A DNA stretch of 64,000 bases from Octopus vulgaris (Eukaryota). Below, piece by piece: positions 39,698 to 53,460 of this stretch. The translations under genes were made by a program, and so were the position numbers. The stretch lies in contig OX597837.1 in NCBI GenBank assembly GCA_951406725.2, positions 46,252,001 through 46,316,000 on the forward strand. The letters are read 5' to 3'. Position 1 is the first letter of the stretch; every line of letters begins with the position of its first letter. The notes beneath the pieces are model-generated. The model ran no database searches. It saw nothing but the letters and a program-made list of their open reading frames with translations, and was not told where the DNA came from.

Positions 39698-40749
39698 ACT
39701 GCTGAAGCCGCTTCATTACTCGGCCAGTATCTGCAATTCCAGCATCCAATTCAGCCACCTGCTTCTCATTACGGGAATATGGCCCTGGGATACTTAAAGC
39801 TCCATCACTAATCTCAGTGACTATTCTGTTGACAGTTGTAATGTATTCAAGAAGATGAAGATATGGCTGTTGATGATGATGAGGATGATGATCATGAGGG
39901 TAATGATCATGATGATGATGATGTTGGGAAGGATAATAATGATGGGGACAATGATGATAACATTATTGATGATGAGGGTGATGTTGATAACGATGATGAT
40001 GATGATAATATTGGTTTCAAATTTTGGCACACTGCCAGCAATTTCAGGGGAGGGACTAAGCCGGTTACATCAATTCCAGCACTCTGGAAAGATGAAAGAT
40101 AAAGTCGACCTTGGTTGAATTTGAACTCAGAATGTAAAGATAGGTGAAATGCTGTTAAACATTTTGCCCAGCGTGCTAACGATTCTGCCAGATCCCTGCC
40201 CTAATGAAGATGATGGAGGTGATGTTGATGAGTGTAACGATAATAATAATAATAGTGTTGTTTTATGATGATGGTGGGAATGTGGGGGTTAGGGTGAAGA
40301 TGAGGAGGATGGGGGTTACGAGGCAGAAGATGGGGTGATGATGCAGGCAATAATGATGGTGGTATGATGATTATAATAATTATGATAGCAAGGAATATAA
40401 TGATGATGATGATGATGTTGACAATTTCTGAAGTAATTTATTAATAATCCAGTATTTCCAGGGATAAAGCTTCTCCTCCCCTCCGTTGCCATTTTACCCT
40501 CTTCCCAATTACAGCTTATAATTACTGTCTCCCTATTATGTATTACGTATGATTTTGGTGTCCTCATGCCATTCCCTAAGCCCTCTCCTCACTTATAAGT
40601 AACTGTGAGTGTGTGTGTATATGCTTGTGTTTAAAGCAATTCACCCATTTATATACAAATTTCTTGGTCAGAGATAATTACAAAATATTGTGTGTGTGTA
40701 CATAGAGATATATATATTATACATATACAAATTACACATACATATACGC

Positions 40750-40787
<38 letters not shown>

Positions 40788-40888
40788 ATTATACATATAT
40801 ATATATATATATGTATGTATGTACGTATGTATATTTAGAGGTACACACACGTGTCAAGTATATATATATAAGTATATAATATGTATGC

Positions 40889-40927
<39 letters not shown>

Positions 40928-41468
40928 CACATCAGCACATATATATATCATCATACTGTTTTTACATCCTCTTCTCCACGCCTGCATGTGTTGGGAGGGT
41001 ATTTCCTCACACAACATCTCCCCATTTATTTCATGAGACTTAATCACTTGAGATCTTCACTTTTCCCATGTATTTCTCTCAAGTTCTCTTCTCCACAGAC
41101 TCCATCTAATTAAATTGCTTGGCACATTTCTTTCCTCTCCCTGTCATCTTCTATATTCATCAAATGTGTCGACTAACATAGTTTCCTCTCATTACTCTCA
41201 TACCCAGTCTCTTTTTTTTTCCTTTTTTTTCTCTCTCTTGGCTCTATTTCTACCCCATTCTTCAAGCACACTGACATTACACCACCAACAGAGTATCTTA
41301 CTCTCTAACCTTTTCGCATTCTTCACATGGAGCGCTCATGTTTCACTATTGTCTATCATTGTACTTCATACACATGCATCATAAATTTGCCCATCGTTAC
41401 ACAGAAAGAATACCTTTATGTTTCCAGCAGGGTTTATAGCTTCTTAATTGTCTCTACTCTGGCTTCCA

Positions 41469-42890
41469 TTGGGTCATCCCATAAATAATGCAGTTTTTTT
41501 TCAATTACCTGAACTAAAAGTTGGAGGAAGACAGGATAATCTACCTGCATCAACTTGCTATAAAGGCAGGTAGTAATTTTACCTTGTCCTTATTCTTAGT
41601 ACAAGTTTTGAAGAATGCAGTTCGATTTTAACAATTATTAATCCAAAGCTATATAAGGGAAGTGATAAAGGAGCATCTTCGGCATATTTCGCTTTATGAA
41701 TTCAATAAAGGCAACAATGTGTGGGCAACGCTATTTGAAGCAGGTTCACAAGCCAGCAAAATATTCGTTGGGAGTCAACGACAGCTATCTCTCCTGATTG
41801 AACAATCTAGAACATTCTAGAATATTCCAAGTGAACGTGGTTAGCTCCCTCTTTGCTAACTTACTAAGCAGAACTGCAAAACGACACTGACCATTTAAGT
41901 GTGTATACCTGTTCGAACATTCTTCTCTTTTCTTCTCTGTGACTTGATATGGTCAACTTCAGCAGAGGGAGCCAGGCACGTGAATTCGATATTCAATTCC
42001 TACCAGCAACTTGCTAAGGTATTCTACATCTAGGAAATACATCTAGGTATTCTACATCTGTGGAAAGTAAGCCTTGTGGCTTGAACTGCTTCCATTTTCT
42101 CAATGCTATCATGGAACATGGCAAGTTGTTCAGAACCTTTTCTTCATCCCAGATAACTTTATTGAACATTGTGTACTCACTGTATGAGTTCGTTTGTCAC
42201 ACATCTGAATAAAACCTTGGACGTGAAGTTATTTGCACAGATACGAGTGTTGTTGTTACTTAATGCACAGAGCTATTTCAAAGCCATTGGATTAATGGCC
42301 CTGTCCAATTATTAAAGTGTTGACGTCTTAATTAGTGACATCGCTCGCTAAAAATGCAACAGAAAGTATAAAGAACATCAATACAGCATATGGGGATTGG
42401 ACAATAAGCGTAAGCCAGTGTCAACGTTGTTTCCAGAAATTCCGAGCTGGAAACTAGAGCCTAGAAGATGAGATCTGTAGAGTTCAACGAGGATGTCCTG
42501 CAAATCCTAGTGGTACACAATCTCATTGTAACTGTTGAAGAACTAACAGAGAAGCTTGGATTTGGTCATTTAACCATTCATTGACACCTGTATGCCATCG
42601 GAAAAGTCAGCAAATTGGGTCAATGGGTTCCTCACAAACTTTCTGAGTCTAATCACATGCAGAGAGTGAATGTGTGCCCTTCTTTGCTGTCACGTTGGTG
42701 ACAAGAAATGGGTTCTCTGTAAAAGTGTCAAGTGCTGAAGACAGTGTTTAGGGAAAGGAGAAACACCAGCACCCCAGGCTAATGAAGGTCTTCACCCACG
42801 TAAAGTGTTGTTATCTGTTTTGTGGGATGTGAAAGGTTTAGTCCACTTTGTACTTTCAAACCCAAACCGAACAATAACAAAGGAGACCCT
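41469..42890 (+). mobile_element. Mariner transposon relic interrupted by a 633-bp insertion
   Basis: TIR-like start TTGGGTCATCCCATAAATAATG; KEHLRHISLYEFNKGN//NATESIKNINTAYG...FQKFRAGN; GQWVPHKL (WVPHEL motif); GDKKW; LHPRKVLLSVLWD. Confidence 0.8.
41720..42352. mobile_element. Insertion with 4-bp TSD (AATG), possible solo LTR
   Basis: AATG at 41716-41719 and 42353-42356 splits the mariner codons AAC AAT GCA ACA; starts TGT; AATAAA and ATTAAA near the 3' end. Confidence 0.5.
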
Positions 42891-43977
42891 CTAAAATACT
42901 ATTGTGGGTACCCAATTTGCTGTTTTGTTTGTGTGGACCCCTCAAAAATCTTTTATGAACCCACTGGGTTAAATGGTCAACTATTGAATAATGATAATAA
43001 AAGAAGCAAACTAAGAGCATGTCCTTATTATTGACATAATGACCTTCCTGAAATACTGCAAAAACCTTTGTCTTTCCTAAGTTTGTTTTTACACTTCATG
43101 GTTTAGTGTTTTGGGTGCCAGGCTCATGATCATGTTGTGTTTTTGAGCTAGGCTCTTCATTTCATGTTGATGCAGCTTGCTCAACTGTACCAGCAAGATT
43201 CTGGTCTACCCTTCATCTCTCCTTCCAGCTTCTACAACTTGGTTGTTTCATTGGGTCAAGGCTGAGGGTGGGATTAAGAAAGTGTCTCTGTCAGCTCACT
43301 GTTATATCAGCACCTTCAACAAGTAGATGTTACATAGGCAAAGTCACTCACAAGCAACAACTGGCTGTAAAGGCTTCAGGCATGGCTGTGTGGTTAAGAA
43401 ACTCCCTTTGCAGTCACACGGTTTCATATTCAGTCCTTACAGTATTACTCCTTGAGCAAGAATCTTCTACTATGGCAGTGAAACTTGGAAACTGACAAAG
43501 AAATTATGAAAAGGGCTAGATGGCTGCTACACAAAGGGTACTATGAATGGCCCTAAATGTGAAATGGCAGCAACTTATGACAAATGAATGGCTTCATGCA
43601 GACCAGCCAAAAGTTAGTGAGAAGGTCAAACAAAGAGGGCCGTGACTGTCTGGTCATTGGGTGTGCTACCCAAGACTGGAAGTATCTAAATTAGTCTTGT
43701 GGTGTCAGCCGGCAAGATACACCTTTCAGGCCAGTCATGCAGACAACGATGTACGTTGTTATAATGCGGCATATATCAATGTCAAACAAGACACAACAAT
43801 CACTTCAAGCAGAGGATGAAAGTGTGAAGGTCTAGAAATGTGAATGATGGATTTGGAAACTCCATTGTTCCTCTCATATGAAAATAGGGAAAAAAAAACT
43901 TGATGAAGAAGATAAACTAGAAAATAGTTGTCTTCAAAAATAAGATGTTTGAAAGAAATTTCTTAACCATATATATG

Positions 43978-44030
<53 letters not shown>

Positions 44031-45117
44031 ACATGTGTATATATGTATACATATGTATATATGTATATGTGTATATATGTATACATGTGTATGTGTATCC
44101 ATATAAATATATGCATACAGAAGTATACTCATGTATGTAGGTGTGTGTATAAATATATATATATATGTGTGTGTGGGTCTATGTATATATATATATGTAC
44201 ACACATGTATATACATTTATTAGTATTCTCACGCTATCAAAAATTACAATTTTTAAAGCAAAAATTTGAGACTGGTATTTATTAAATGCACTGACATGAC
44301 ATATATTCCATATAGTTGGAAATGACTTATAAATTAAAAATAAATCTCTTAATGAAAATACTTTGAAGAGAATTAAACGAGAGATAAAGTTTTATATAAA
44401 TTGTTCTAATATTTTACTGAGGTTAAAATAACAAAAACATTTTTATTTAATTATTGAAGGTTTTTTCCAACTGTTATTTTATTAAATCTCTGCTGTGTCT
44501 GTGGCTGTCGAAAAGTACCATGATTCACAGATGCATTAAAAGTTGTTCAGTCCATAATTTAATTACATTGGTTCATATGTGAATGATAGAACTGAGAAAA
44601 ACCATTGAAAATTTTCATTTCTTATAAAAGTTAAAGTTGTGGGCTCTCTTTATTAGTCCTCACTGAACAGGGTAAAAAATTATGTAAGCAATAGATACAT
44701 CATCATCATCATCATCATCTTTTAACATCCATTCTCCATGCTAGCATGGGTTGGACGGTTCGATCGGGGTCTGGGAAGCCAGGGGCTGCACCAGGCACCA
44801 GTCTGATCTGGCAGAGTTTCTACAGCTGGATGCCCTTCCTAATGCCAACCACTCCACGAGTGTAGTGGGTGCTTTTTACGTGCCACCGGAGTCTGGCATC
44901 GGCCACGATCGGTTGGTGCTTTTAACGTGCCACCGGCACAGAAGTCAGTCAAGGCGGCGCTGGCATCGGCCACGTTCGGATGGTGCTTTTTATGTGCCAC
45001 CGGCACAGAAGTCAATCAAGGCGGCACTGGCATCGGCCACGTTCGGATGGTGCTTTTTATGTGCCAAATAAATAAATTAGTAAGACATGTATGTATTTGT
45101 GTATGTATGTGTGTGTG

Positions 45118-45151
<34 letters not shown>

Positions 45152-45510
45152 TATATAATTTCTTTCACTGCAGGAAAGAAACGAAATGAATAAACTTAAA
45201 ATCTTTCAACTTTTCTCGAATGAGATATTTCCCTTTACTTTTAATGTTTCAGCATTCAATGTGTGTTAGAGTGTGTGTGTGTGGATGAAATTTTTCTCTT
45301 CTCTTAACATTGTTTCTTTTATATTTTACTACATTTCACCTCTTTCCCCTCATTCATTCTTCTCTTTCTCATCCTTCCATCTCTCATAACTACTCCTCTT
45401 AATCATTCCACCTTACCTGGCACACCTGTGCTTTTCACCCTCCACTTCTTCTCTGAAACTACTTATTTATTTTCTGTCTCACTGTGAGTACACTTAAGCA
45501 GGACAGAAAA

Positions 45511-45547
<37 letters not shown>

Positions 45548-45757
45548 TATAAATACACAACAATTTTTATTATAGATGTAGGTATGTGTGTGTGTGTGTG
45601 TACAAGTATATACATAAGAAATACTACGTGTGTCTTTGTATACATACACACACACATAAATATGTACATATATATATATTTAAATACACATGTATATATT
45701 TATATGAAATGAGAAGATACACTGTGGAACTGTTATTTAGTGAGTTATATCTATTTT

Positions 45758-45857
45758 TCACCTGAAGAGACACATCTGCACCACCGGATGCGAACCAGTT
45801 GTTAAGTATCCCACCCATCAGGGATCAATGCTAGATGTGTCGAAACAATTGTAGTGA
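45758..45857 (+). ncRNA. Type-I hammerhead ribozyme motif (PLE-like), intact core
   Basis: TCAC-CTGAAGA-GACACATCT...AGATGTGTC-GAAAC-AATT-GTA-GTGA: stem I 4 bp, CUGANGA, stem II 9 bp, GAAA, palindromic stem III, GUA cleavage triplet. Confidence 0.75.
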
Positions 45858-46096
45858 TTCGTAAAGATTCTCAAATCTTCCATCTTCTGTCTTTTATTTA
45901 ATATATATAAATATAAATATAAATATCATTAGCCACTACACACATTTTTCTTTTCTCTCCTTGTTTTTCTCTGTGTCCCTTTCTGTAGAAGAGCGTAGGC
46001 TCGAAACGTAAAAGACTTTTTCTATTCCTGAGTGTTATATTAATACATCCGTTTGTTTTGTTCACCACCTGTCTTCGTCTTTTTTCCGTAAACTCT

Positions 46097-46147
<51 letters not shown>

Positions 46148-49100
46148 AACACATATACACATACGCACACACACACACACACATGTGCCCAAAGGACAGT
46201 TTTACACTGAATTGATAGAAGGCAAGTGCACACAGGGTGGGCAGAAAAAAAGCAGGTCAACAATGCACTCAGAGCCTCACTGAAATGCTTTCAGATCAAC
46301 TGCAACACTTGGGGAAAAAACCAAGCACAGGAGCACCCTGCCTGTGGGGTTATGACTTGGCTGTGTTAGGGGTTAGGATTTACAGAGCAAGTGTAGGAAA
46401 AAGGATGATCTGTGTCAACATAATGTAATTAAAGTCTTTCGCTAATGAACTATTGTGCATCTGCATTCAATTGCACTCTGAACACTCACTGCAGATGATG
46501 CAAATATCCACAATGGCAAAGACATGTGTTGGGAGCAAATGGTATGAACTGCATCATGCATTTATCATACTTTTTCCTATCATCATCATCATCATCCATG
46601 CTGGTATGGGTTGGACAGGAACTGGCAAGCCAGACGATGCACTGGGTTCCACTGTCTGTTTTGGCACAGCTTTTATGGTTGGATGCCACCCACATATATA
46701 TATATGCAAATACACTTACAAATATATGCACACACTATCACATGCGCACACCCATGCACACACACACACACACACACACAAGTCAGCTGTGTGGTAAGGA
46801 GTTTGTTTCTCAACCATGTCGCTCTGAGTTCACTTCCACTGTGTGTCACTTTGTGCAAGAGTTTTCTCCTACAGCCCTGGGCCAACTAAAAACCATGTCA
46901 GTGGATTTGTTAGACGGAAACTGAAAGAAGCCCATTGTGTGTTTGTGCTTGGCAACCAGTGTTGGTTTGTTTATGACCCCCGTGACTTAATAACTTGGCA
47001 AAAGAGACTAATGGAATAAGAGACCGGTTTAACAAAAAAAAAAGCGAATATTTGGGTTGATTTGTTCAACTAAAACATTTCAAGGTGTTGCTCCAGCGTG
47101 GACTGAAACAAGTAAAAGATATAAAGGAGAAGAGATAAATAGACACACAGACACGTCTAGTTTTACAATGGCCCACTGTAGCACCCGGCAACGCAGCAGA
47201 GTAGAACAAGTCCTGCGGGACGTGTGTGTGTGTGTGTGTGTGTGTGTGGTAGACAGTTTGTTGAAGCTGAGATAAGTATTCATCAACATTTAAATATGAA
47301 TAAACAATATATAAATACAAATAAGATACACTAATTAAATCAACAAAATAAAAAAAATATAAGCTGAATAAGTAAAAAATAATAAAAATGATAAATTTTG
47401 TCTGGAGATCTTGTCTATTTATCAACCTAATTTTTGTCTTGTTTGTATGTTTGGTGGTGGGGTAGAGGTGGTGGTGGGTTGCATCTATGTGTGTGTGTGC
47501 GTGTGTGTGAGAGAGAGAGAGAGAAAGGAAGTGAAAGAGTGGTAGGGATATGCATTTAATAGGAAGAAAAAGGAATAAAAAAAATGGATAATGCAAGTGT
47601 GTGTGTGAGAGAGAGAGAGTGTGTGTGTATGTGTGTGTACATGTGAATGGAGGGAGAGAGAGAGAGAGAGAGAGAGACTATGCTTAAGAGAAAAATAGAA
47701 TTTTTAATGTGAAGATAGTGAATGCGCATGTGTGGATGTATGTGTGAGACTGACTCTGTGTGTGTGTGTGAGTGTGTGTGTGAGGGTAGGAGAGAGAAAA
47801 AAAGAGAATGTGTGTTTGTATGTGTGTGTATCTGACAGTCTATGTATAATTGTACAAGTGTGTATGTGTGTCTATATATTACCTAAATGTGCCTCTGTCA
47901 CTGTGTCTGTGTCTGGATGCTACACGCATGTGAATCAGTGACAAGAGACACAGGGCAGTGAGTCCTTAAGAAATAGGGTTTTCACACAGACCCTTCCAAT
48001 TCATTTCAGCTTTCTAAGCAAAGCAGTGGGAACTAAAGACACTTCATCCTCATCATTTCACACCTATTTTTCCAGGCTTTCATGGGTCAGACGGAATTTG
48101 TTGATGCAGATTTATTTTTACAACCGGATGCCCTTACTGTCACCAACCCTCACTTGTTTCTGAGTGAAGTAAATATTTCCCCAAGGGCCACACATGTTCT
48201 TTCACAAACGACCCGAAATCGACAACCATGGATGAGGATGATGATACTCATTTGCAACGACCATGTGATGTCTAGACAAGGGTACACACACACACACACA
48301 TACATGCACGTGCGTGCACACACATACACATATACATACATAAAACAGGATTCTCTCAGTCTCAATCTACCAAATCCGCTCACAGGGTTTTGGTTGGCCT
48401 GGGGCTATGGTAGAAGACATTTGCTCAAGGTGCCATGCACCCCGCCCTTCCAATACTAGTGAAATCATTGGTATGCACTACCTCTTCTCTTTATTGATGA
48501 GAAAAAAAAACAGCTGTATTATTATTATTATTATTATTATTGAGTGAGAGAGAGCAGTGCATGCCATCAAAGTGACACTGGGATAAAATATACAAGGCCC
48601 AGTATACCCATCATGACTACCCGTCTGATAAGGGTACACTAGGCACATGCATCACAATCATATGTGTGCGACATGGTGATCTCATATCAAGATGAACAGT
48701 ACATGACCTTGCAGGTGGGGTCCAGTTAGAATTTTCTTCTGGTCGAGTAACTCATCCTGCTCAAAAGGTTCATGAATAAGGTTTAAGGATGATGAGCAAA
48801 ACACCCGTGTTTTCGGAAGTAAATTATTCGTCAGTTATCATCCAAAAGATCCTTACAGTTTCACACCTTTAATGATAATTTTGTTCACCTTTGGTGGCTT
48901 CAGCTGGGAGAAGTTGCTGGGAATAGCAAATGAATAGGGGACAGTGAGGAAAACAAACACGACAAATATAAACATACAAACAAAATAAAACAAATATATC
49001 TGTGCATGGGTATGTATACACCCTTGTCTTGACATCATGTGATGGCTGTAAATGAGCATCACTGTTATACAAGTGAGGTTGTTTGTTTCCAGTCTTCTGT

Positions 49101-50338
49101 GAAAAACATGCCTAGTTGTTGGGGAATATTAACTTTCTTGAAAACAGGTGAGGGTTAGCAACAGGAAAGGTACCCAGCTGTAGGAAATTGCCTCAACAAA
49201 TTCTTTGTGACCATGCAAGCATGAAAAAGATGTTAAAACTATGATGATGATAATGTATATGCGTGTGTGTGTGTCCATGTGTCTGTGTGTCCGTGTGTGT
49301 GTGTGTGTGCGTGCGCACACGTGTATGTCTGTGTGCATGCATGTGTGTGTGTCCATGTGTCTGTGTTCGTGTGTCCATGTGTCTGTGTGTGTACCCGTGT
49401 ATGTCTGTGTGTCCATGAGTCTGTGTGTGTTTGTGCTGTGCATGTAAAATGTTTACTTATTTCTTAATACAGAAGAATCAGGTTATTGAAAATTAGTTTT
49501 TCTTGGAATTGAAAAATAAATATCAACAACTAAATTGAAACATGACATACACACACACACACACTCTCTCACACACACACTCTCTCACACACACACTCAT
49601 GTATATAAACATGTATTTATATATACACTGGTGTGTTTGTGTGTATTTGTGATTTCAATTTTTTTTTTAAAGAAATCTTATACATCACACCCACATATAT
49701 ACCAGATGTATTTATGTAATATTTTTTATAAATACACAAATATATCATCATAATTAGAGCATTCACTTTTTCATACTTGCATGTGACAAAAGGCAGATTT
49801 TCCATGGACAGATGCCCTTCCTGTGGCTAACACTCATCTGTTTCCAAGTAAAGGAATATTTCCCCATGGTGGCCAGACATGTCTTCATGGAAGATTGGAA
49901 ATGAAAGGCACTATGCTGCATGGCAGTGAAGCCCAATTACAACTATCCTGCAATGTCAAAGACAAGGGGACACAAACACACATGCACACACACACATGTA
50001 GATATACGTATTCCTCCTCCTCCTCCCTCATAAAGATATCAGAGGCTAAGTTTGAGTCTAGTATTTTCTATACCAAGTATCTCTGGATCTCATCTGTTGA
50101 CTGTATATATACTCTTTACTCTCTCTTTTACTCTTTTACTTGTTTCAGTCATTTGACTGCGGCCATGCTGGAGCACCGCCTTTAGTCGACCAAATCGACC
50201 CCAGGACATATTCTTTGTAAGCCCAGTACTTATTCTATTGGTCGTCTCTTTTGCCGAACCGCTAAGTTATGGGGACGTAAACACACCAGCATCGGTTGTC
50301 AAGCGATGTTGGGGGACAACACAGACACACAAACATAT

Positions 50339-50380
<42 letters not shown>

Positions 50381-50714
50381 TCATATATACAACTTGCTTC
50401 TTTCAGTTTCCGTCTACCAAATCCACTCACAAGGCTTTGGTCACCCTGAGGCTATAGTAGAAGACACTTGTCCAAGGTGTCATGCAGTGGGACTGAACCA
50501 GGAACCGTGCAGTTGGTAAGCAAGCTACTTACCACACAGCCACTCCTACACCTCTCTCGGAACCTGCTCCTTGCGTAGATCCAAAGTGTATTATGGACCA
50601 TACATTTATTACAATGTGCATTTCTTGACACAGGATACTAGAGAGCACCTATATTGCTAGAAACAAGAGTCAAAGCCCTTTATGGCCACAAACATTGCAC
50701 AAGTCTATATACTC

Positions 50715-50760
<46 letters not shown>

Positions 50761-51584
50761 CATACACACATATATGTATATGTAGATGCATTCACAGACA
50801 CGTGATATATTTTATCCGTTTCCATCTATGAAACTTCAGTCACTGGGTCAGGAGATATTTGTCCAAGATGCCCCCTGGTGAGATCAGAACTATGGAGTTG
50901 CAAAGAAAACTTTACAATTACAGTAGCCTGCCCCGGATGCGTGTGCGTGTGTGTCTGTCTGTCCACGTTTTACATTTATATAGATTAAATGCATATATTT
51001 TTATATGTTCACGTATTCTCTTTCTCTCCACAAACATCCATACATGCATGCGTGTATATATATATATATATATGTAAATATATATCTATATATATATATG
51101 CATCGTATGTATAAATATGGAGGTATGAATGTATTTTGTGTGTGTTAGTGTGTGTGTGTGAGGGAAAAAGAGAGAGAGAAGGAGGTGGGGGAGAAAGCGA
51201 GAAATCTGAAGTCAATTGGAATCAAAGAAATATCAGAAGTGATATCTTGAAAACCATTCGGTAACTTTAGAAGTTTGGGAGTAGAACTTGAGATGTAGAA
51301 ACGATGGTGGTGGTGTGTGTGTGTGGGGGGTGAGTATGGGGTATGGAATTAGAGAATGGATTGTCAAAATACCATATGGTATTTAGCAGAAGGGGCAGCA
51401 CTTGGTTGCCTGGAAGAAATTCTTTAAACAAGCAAAATACACACACACACATACACACACTAATACGTGAGCATTCTAAAACATACACACACATAGATAT
51501 ACATATATATACATACATGCACACACGTGTTTGTGTCTGTCTGTGTACAAGTATAGATTTCTAAAGATTAACATAAAAATTGAA

Positions 51585-51624
<40 letters not shown>

Positions 51625-52595
51625 TAATACATGCACACTCCAACATTCTCATTAATATATGCATATGTATGTATGTATGTATGTATGTGTGTATGTGTGT
51701 ATGTGCATGCATGACTGTGTGTGTGTGTGGCTCAATGAATGCTTCAATTTAGATGTTAATCTTAAAAAAATCTATACAAGCATACATATACACATTCACA
51801 TTCACATATGCACAGACACATTCAAACACACATGCACACACACACAGATACATAGATAAGCAAGCAACCGCACGTGCATGCATAGCAACATACACATAGG
51901 TCTTCTTGCACATACACATACAAACATTGACACACATCATACATACAGGCTCTCATGCATACTCACACACGCAAAGTAACCTGTGCACTCAAAAACACAC
52001 ATCTCCATTTATATGTTGAGTCTATGTTCAAATGGTGCAGCTGTGTGATGAGAAGTCTGCTTCCCAGCCACATGGTTCTGGGTTCAGTTCCACTGTGTGG
52101 TACCTGGGGCAAATGTCTTCTACTATAGCTTCAGGTCACCTGAAGCCTTGCGATCGAATTTAGTGGACCAAAAATAAAGGAATCCGTTATATGTGTGTCT
52201 GTGTCTTTGTCAGTATTGTCTCCATCACCACTAGACAACTGGTGTTGGTGTATTTACATCCCCATGACTTAGTGGTTCAGTAAAAGAAACCAATAGAATA
52301 AGTACTGGGCTCAATTCATTCAGCTAAAAATTCCTCAAGGCAGTGCCCCAGCATGTATATATATATATATATAAATACGACCATCAAGGCATTCCCAGAT
52401 TTCCCCACCCCCTCTCCACATCAGCCTTCTGCTTCTCCTACCCTACCAAGAACTCACAACGACCTCGAACACACAAGTGCAAACAAGGGAGTCAGAGAAA
52501 GGCAGAATGCCACTTATATCTGAACACTACTATAGAAATATTCTTTTAAAAAAACTTTTCTTCTAATTTTTCTAAATTTAATTATTTAATCGTTA

Positions 52596-52633
52596 CAGTT
52601 GAAAAGGTTTCAAAATGACCGAAACCGGTACTG
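52596..52633 (+). ncRNA. Degenerate minimal hammerhead-like motif
   Basis: CAG-TTGAAAA-GGTT(TCAAAAT)GACC-GAAAC-CG-GTA-CTG; two substitutions versus CTGAAGA. Confidence 0.45.
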
Positions 52634-52682
52634 AAAGATTCACTATAAAATTATCTTAGCATTTTCTATTTTTGACTTGTTT

Positions 52683-52723
<41 letters not shown>

Positions 52724-52729
52724 TCGTTT

Positions 52730-53460
52730 TTTAGAAAAACATAAATCCAGAGAAGAAGCACACTCCAAGTAGTAGAGGGGACTATATTAATTACTGGTGA
52801 AGGCCAGTTTATAAGATTACCTTGGGTTTCTCATCAAAAAGGGTACCTTTATGGCATATCTTCAGACCCTTGGACCTGTTGGCCTATGGCCTCGTGAAAA
52901 TATACAGAGGGGAAACAATACAGATATAAACAATTGGGATTATCTCCCTTTGGTGTTGGTCATCGGCTTCCGGCCATGTTGTCCTCCTTCAGCCATGCCA
53001 CCTGTTGACCATGAGGGTAAAAGGTAGGGGGTTATCTCCCACTCCCATCAGCAATCAATTTCCAGCTGTGGTGTAATTAACACTAATACCACTATTATTG
53101 CTATCATGGCTATTATGCAGTTCCCAAAATGCTCACAGTAAACTCGTGAAATGCAAGCAGAGCCCGAAAATCTCATTTCTAGAGTTCAGTATGGCCCCTG
53201 GTATGTGCAAGTTTTTCAGGGTTTCTGTGCTTTCGGCTATGCATAGCTTGCAGTGTTTTGTTCCGTTTATATACGGACTTGGACAGTGGAGGATTTTCCA
53301 TGATGTTGAGTATGGAATTCCATCTTCCTTCAGTTTCCAGATGTGGCTGGCCAGCGATGTTACGTATCTCCTTTCTGGGACCCTGAAAGAGGATCTGTGA
53401 TTGGAAAGGTGTTTCTTAAAGGAAGTTCCCTTGCATCCAATGTATTTCCTTGGATGTGTA
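52730..53460 (-). mobile_element. Penelope-like retroelement remnant (GIY-YIG endonuclease)
   Basis: C-terminal half of ORF 53133-53630: RKYIG...FKKHLSNHRSSF...TSLASHIWKLK...WKI...CKLCIAE...LNSRNEIFGLCLH; followed by a hammerhead motif and (TA)n. Confidence 0.8.
52813..52870 (-). ncRNA. Hammerhead-like motif downstream of a PLE endonuclease fragment
   Basis: Minus strand: AGGGT-CTGAAGA-[28 nt weak hairpin]-GAAAC-CCAAG-GTA-ATCTT. Confidence 0.5.

Noticed and set aside
45417-45452. Minus-strand CAG|GTAAGG donor as a possible first fibulin exon
   Set aside because: The upstream frame encodes a basic, non-hydrophobic peptide with no ATG and has a weak acceptor.
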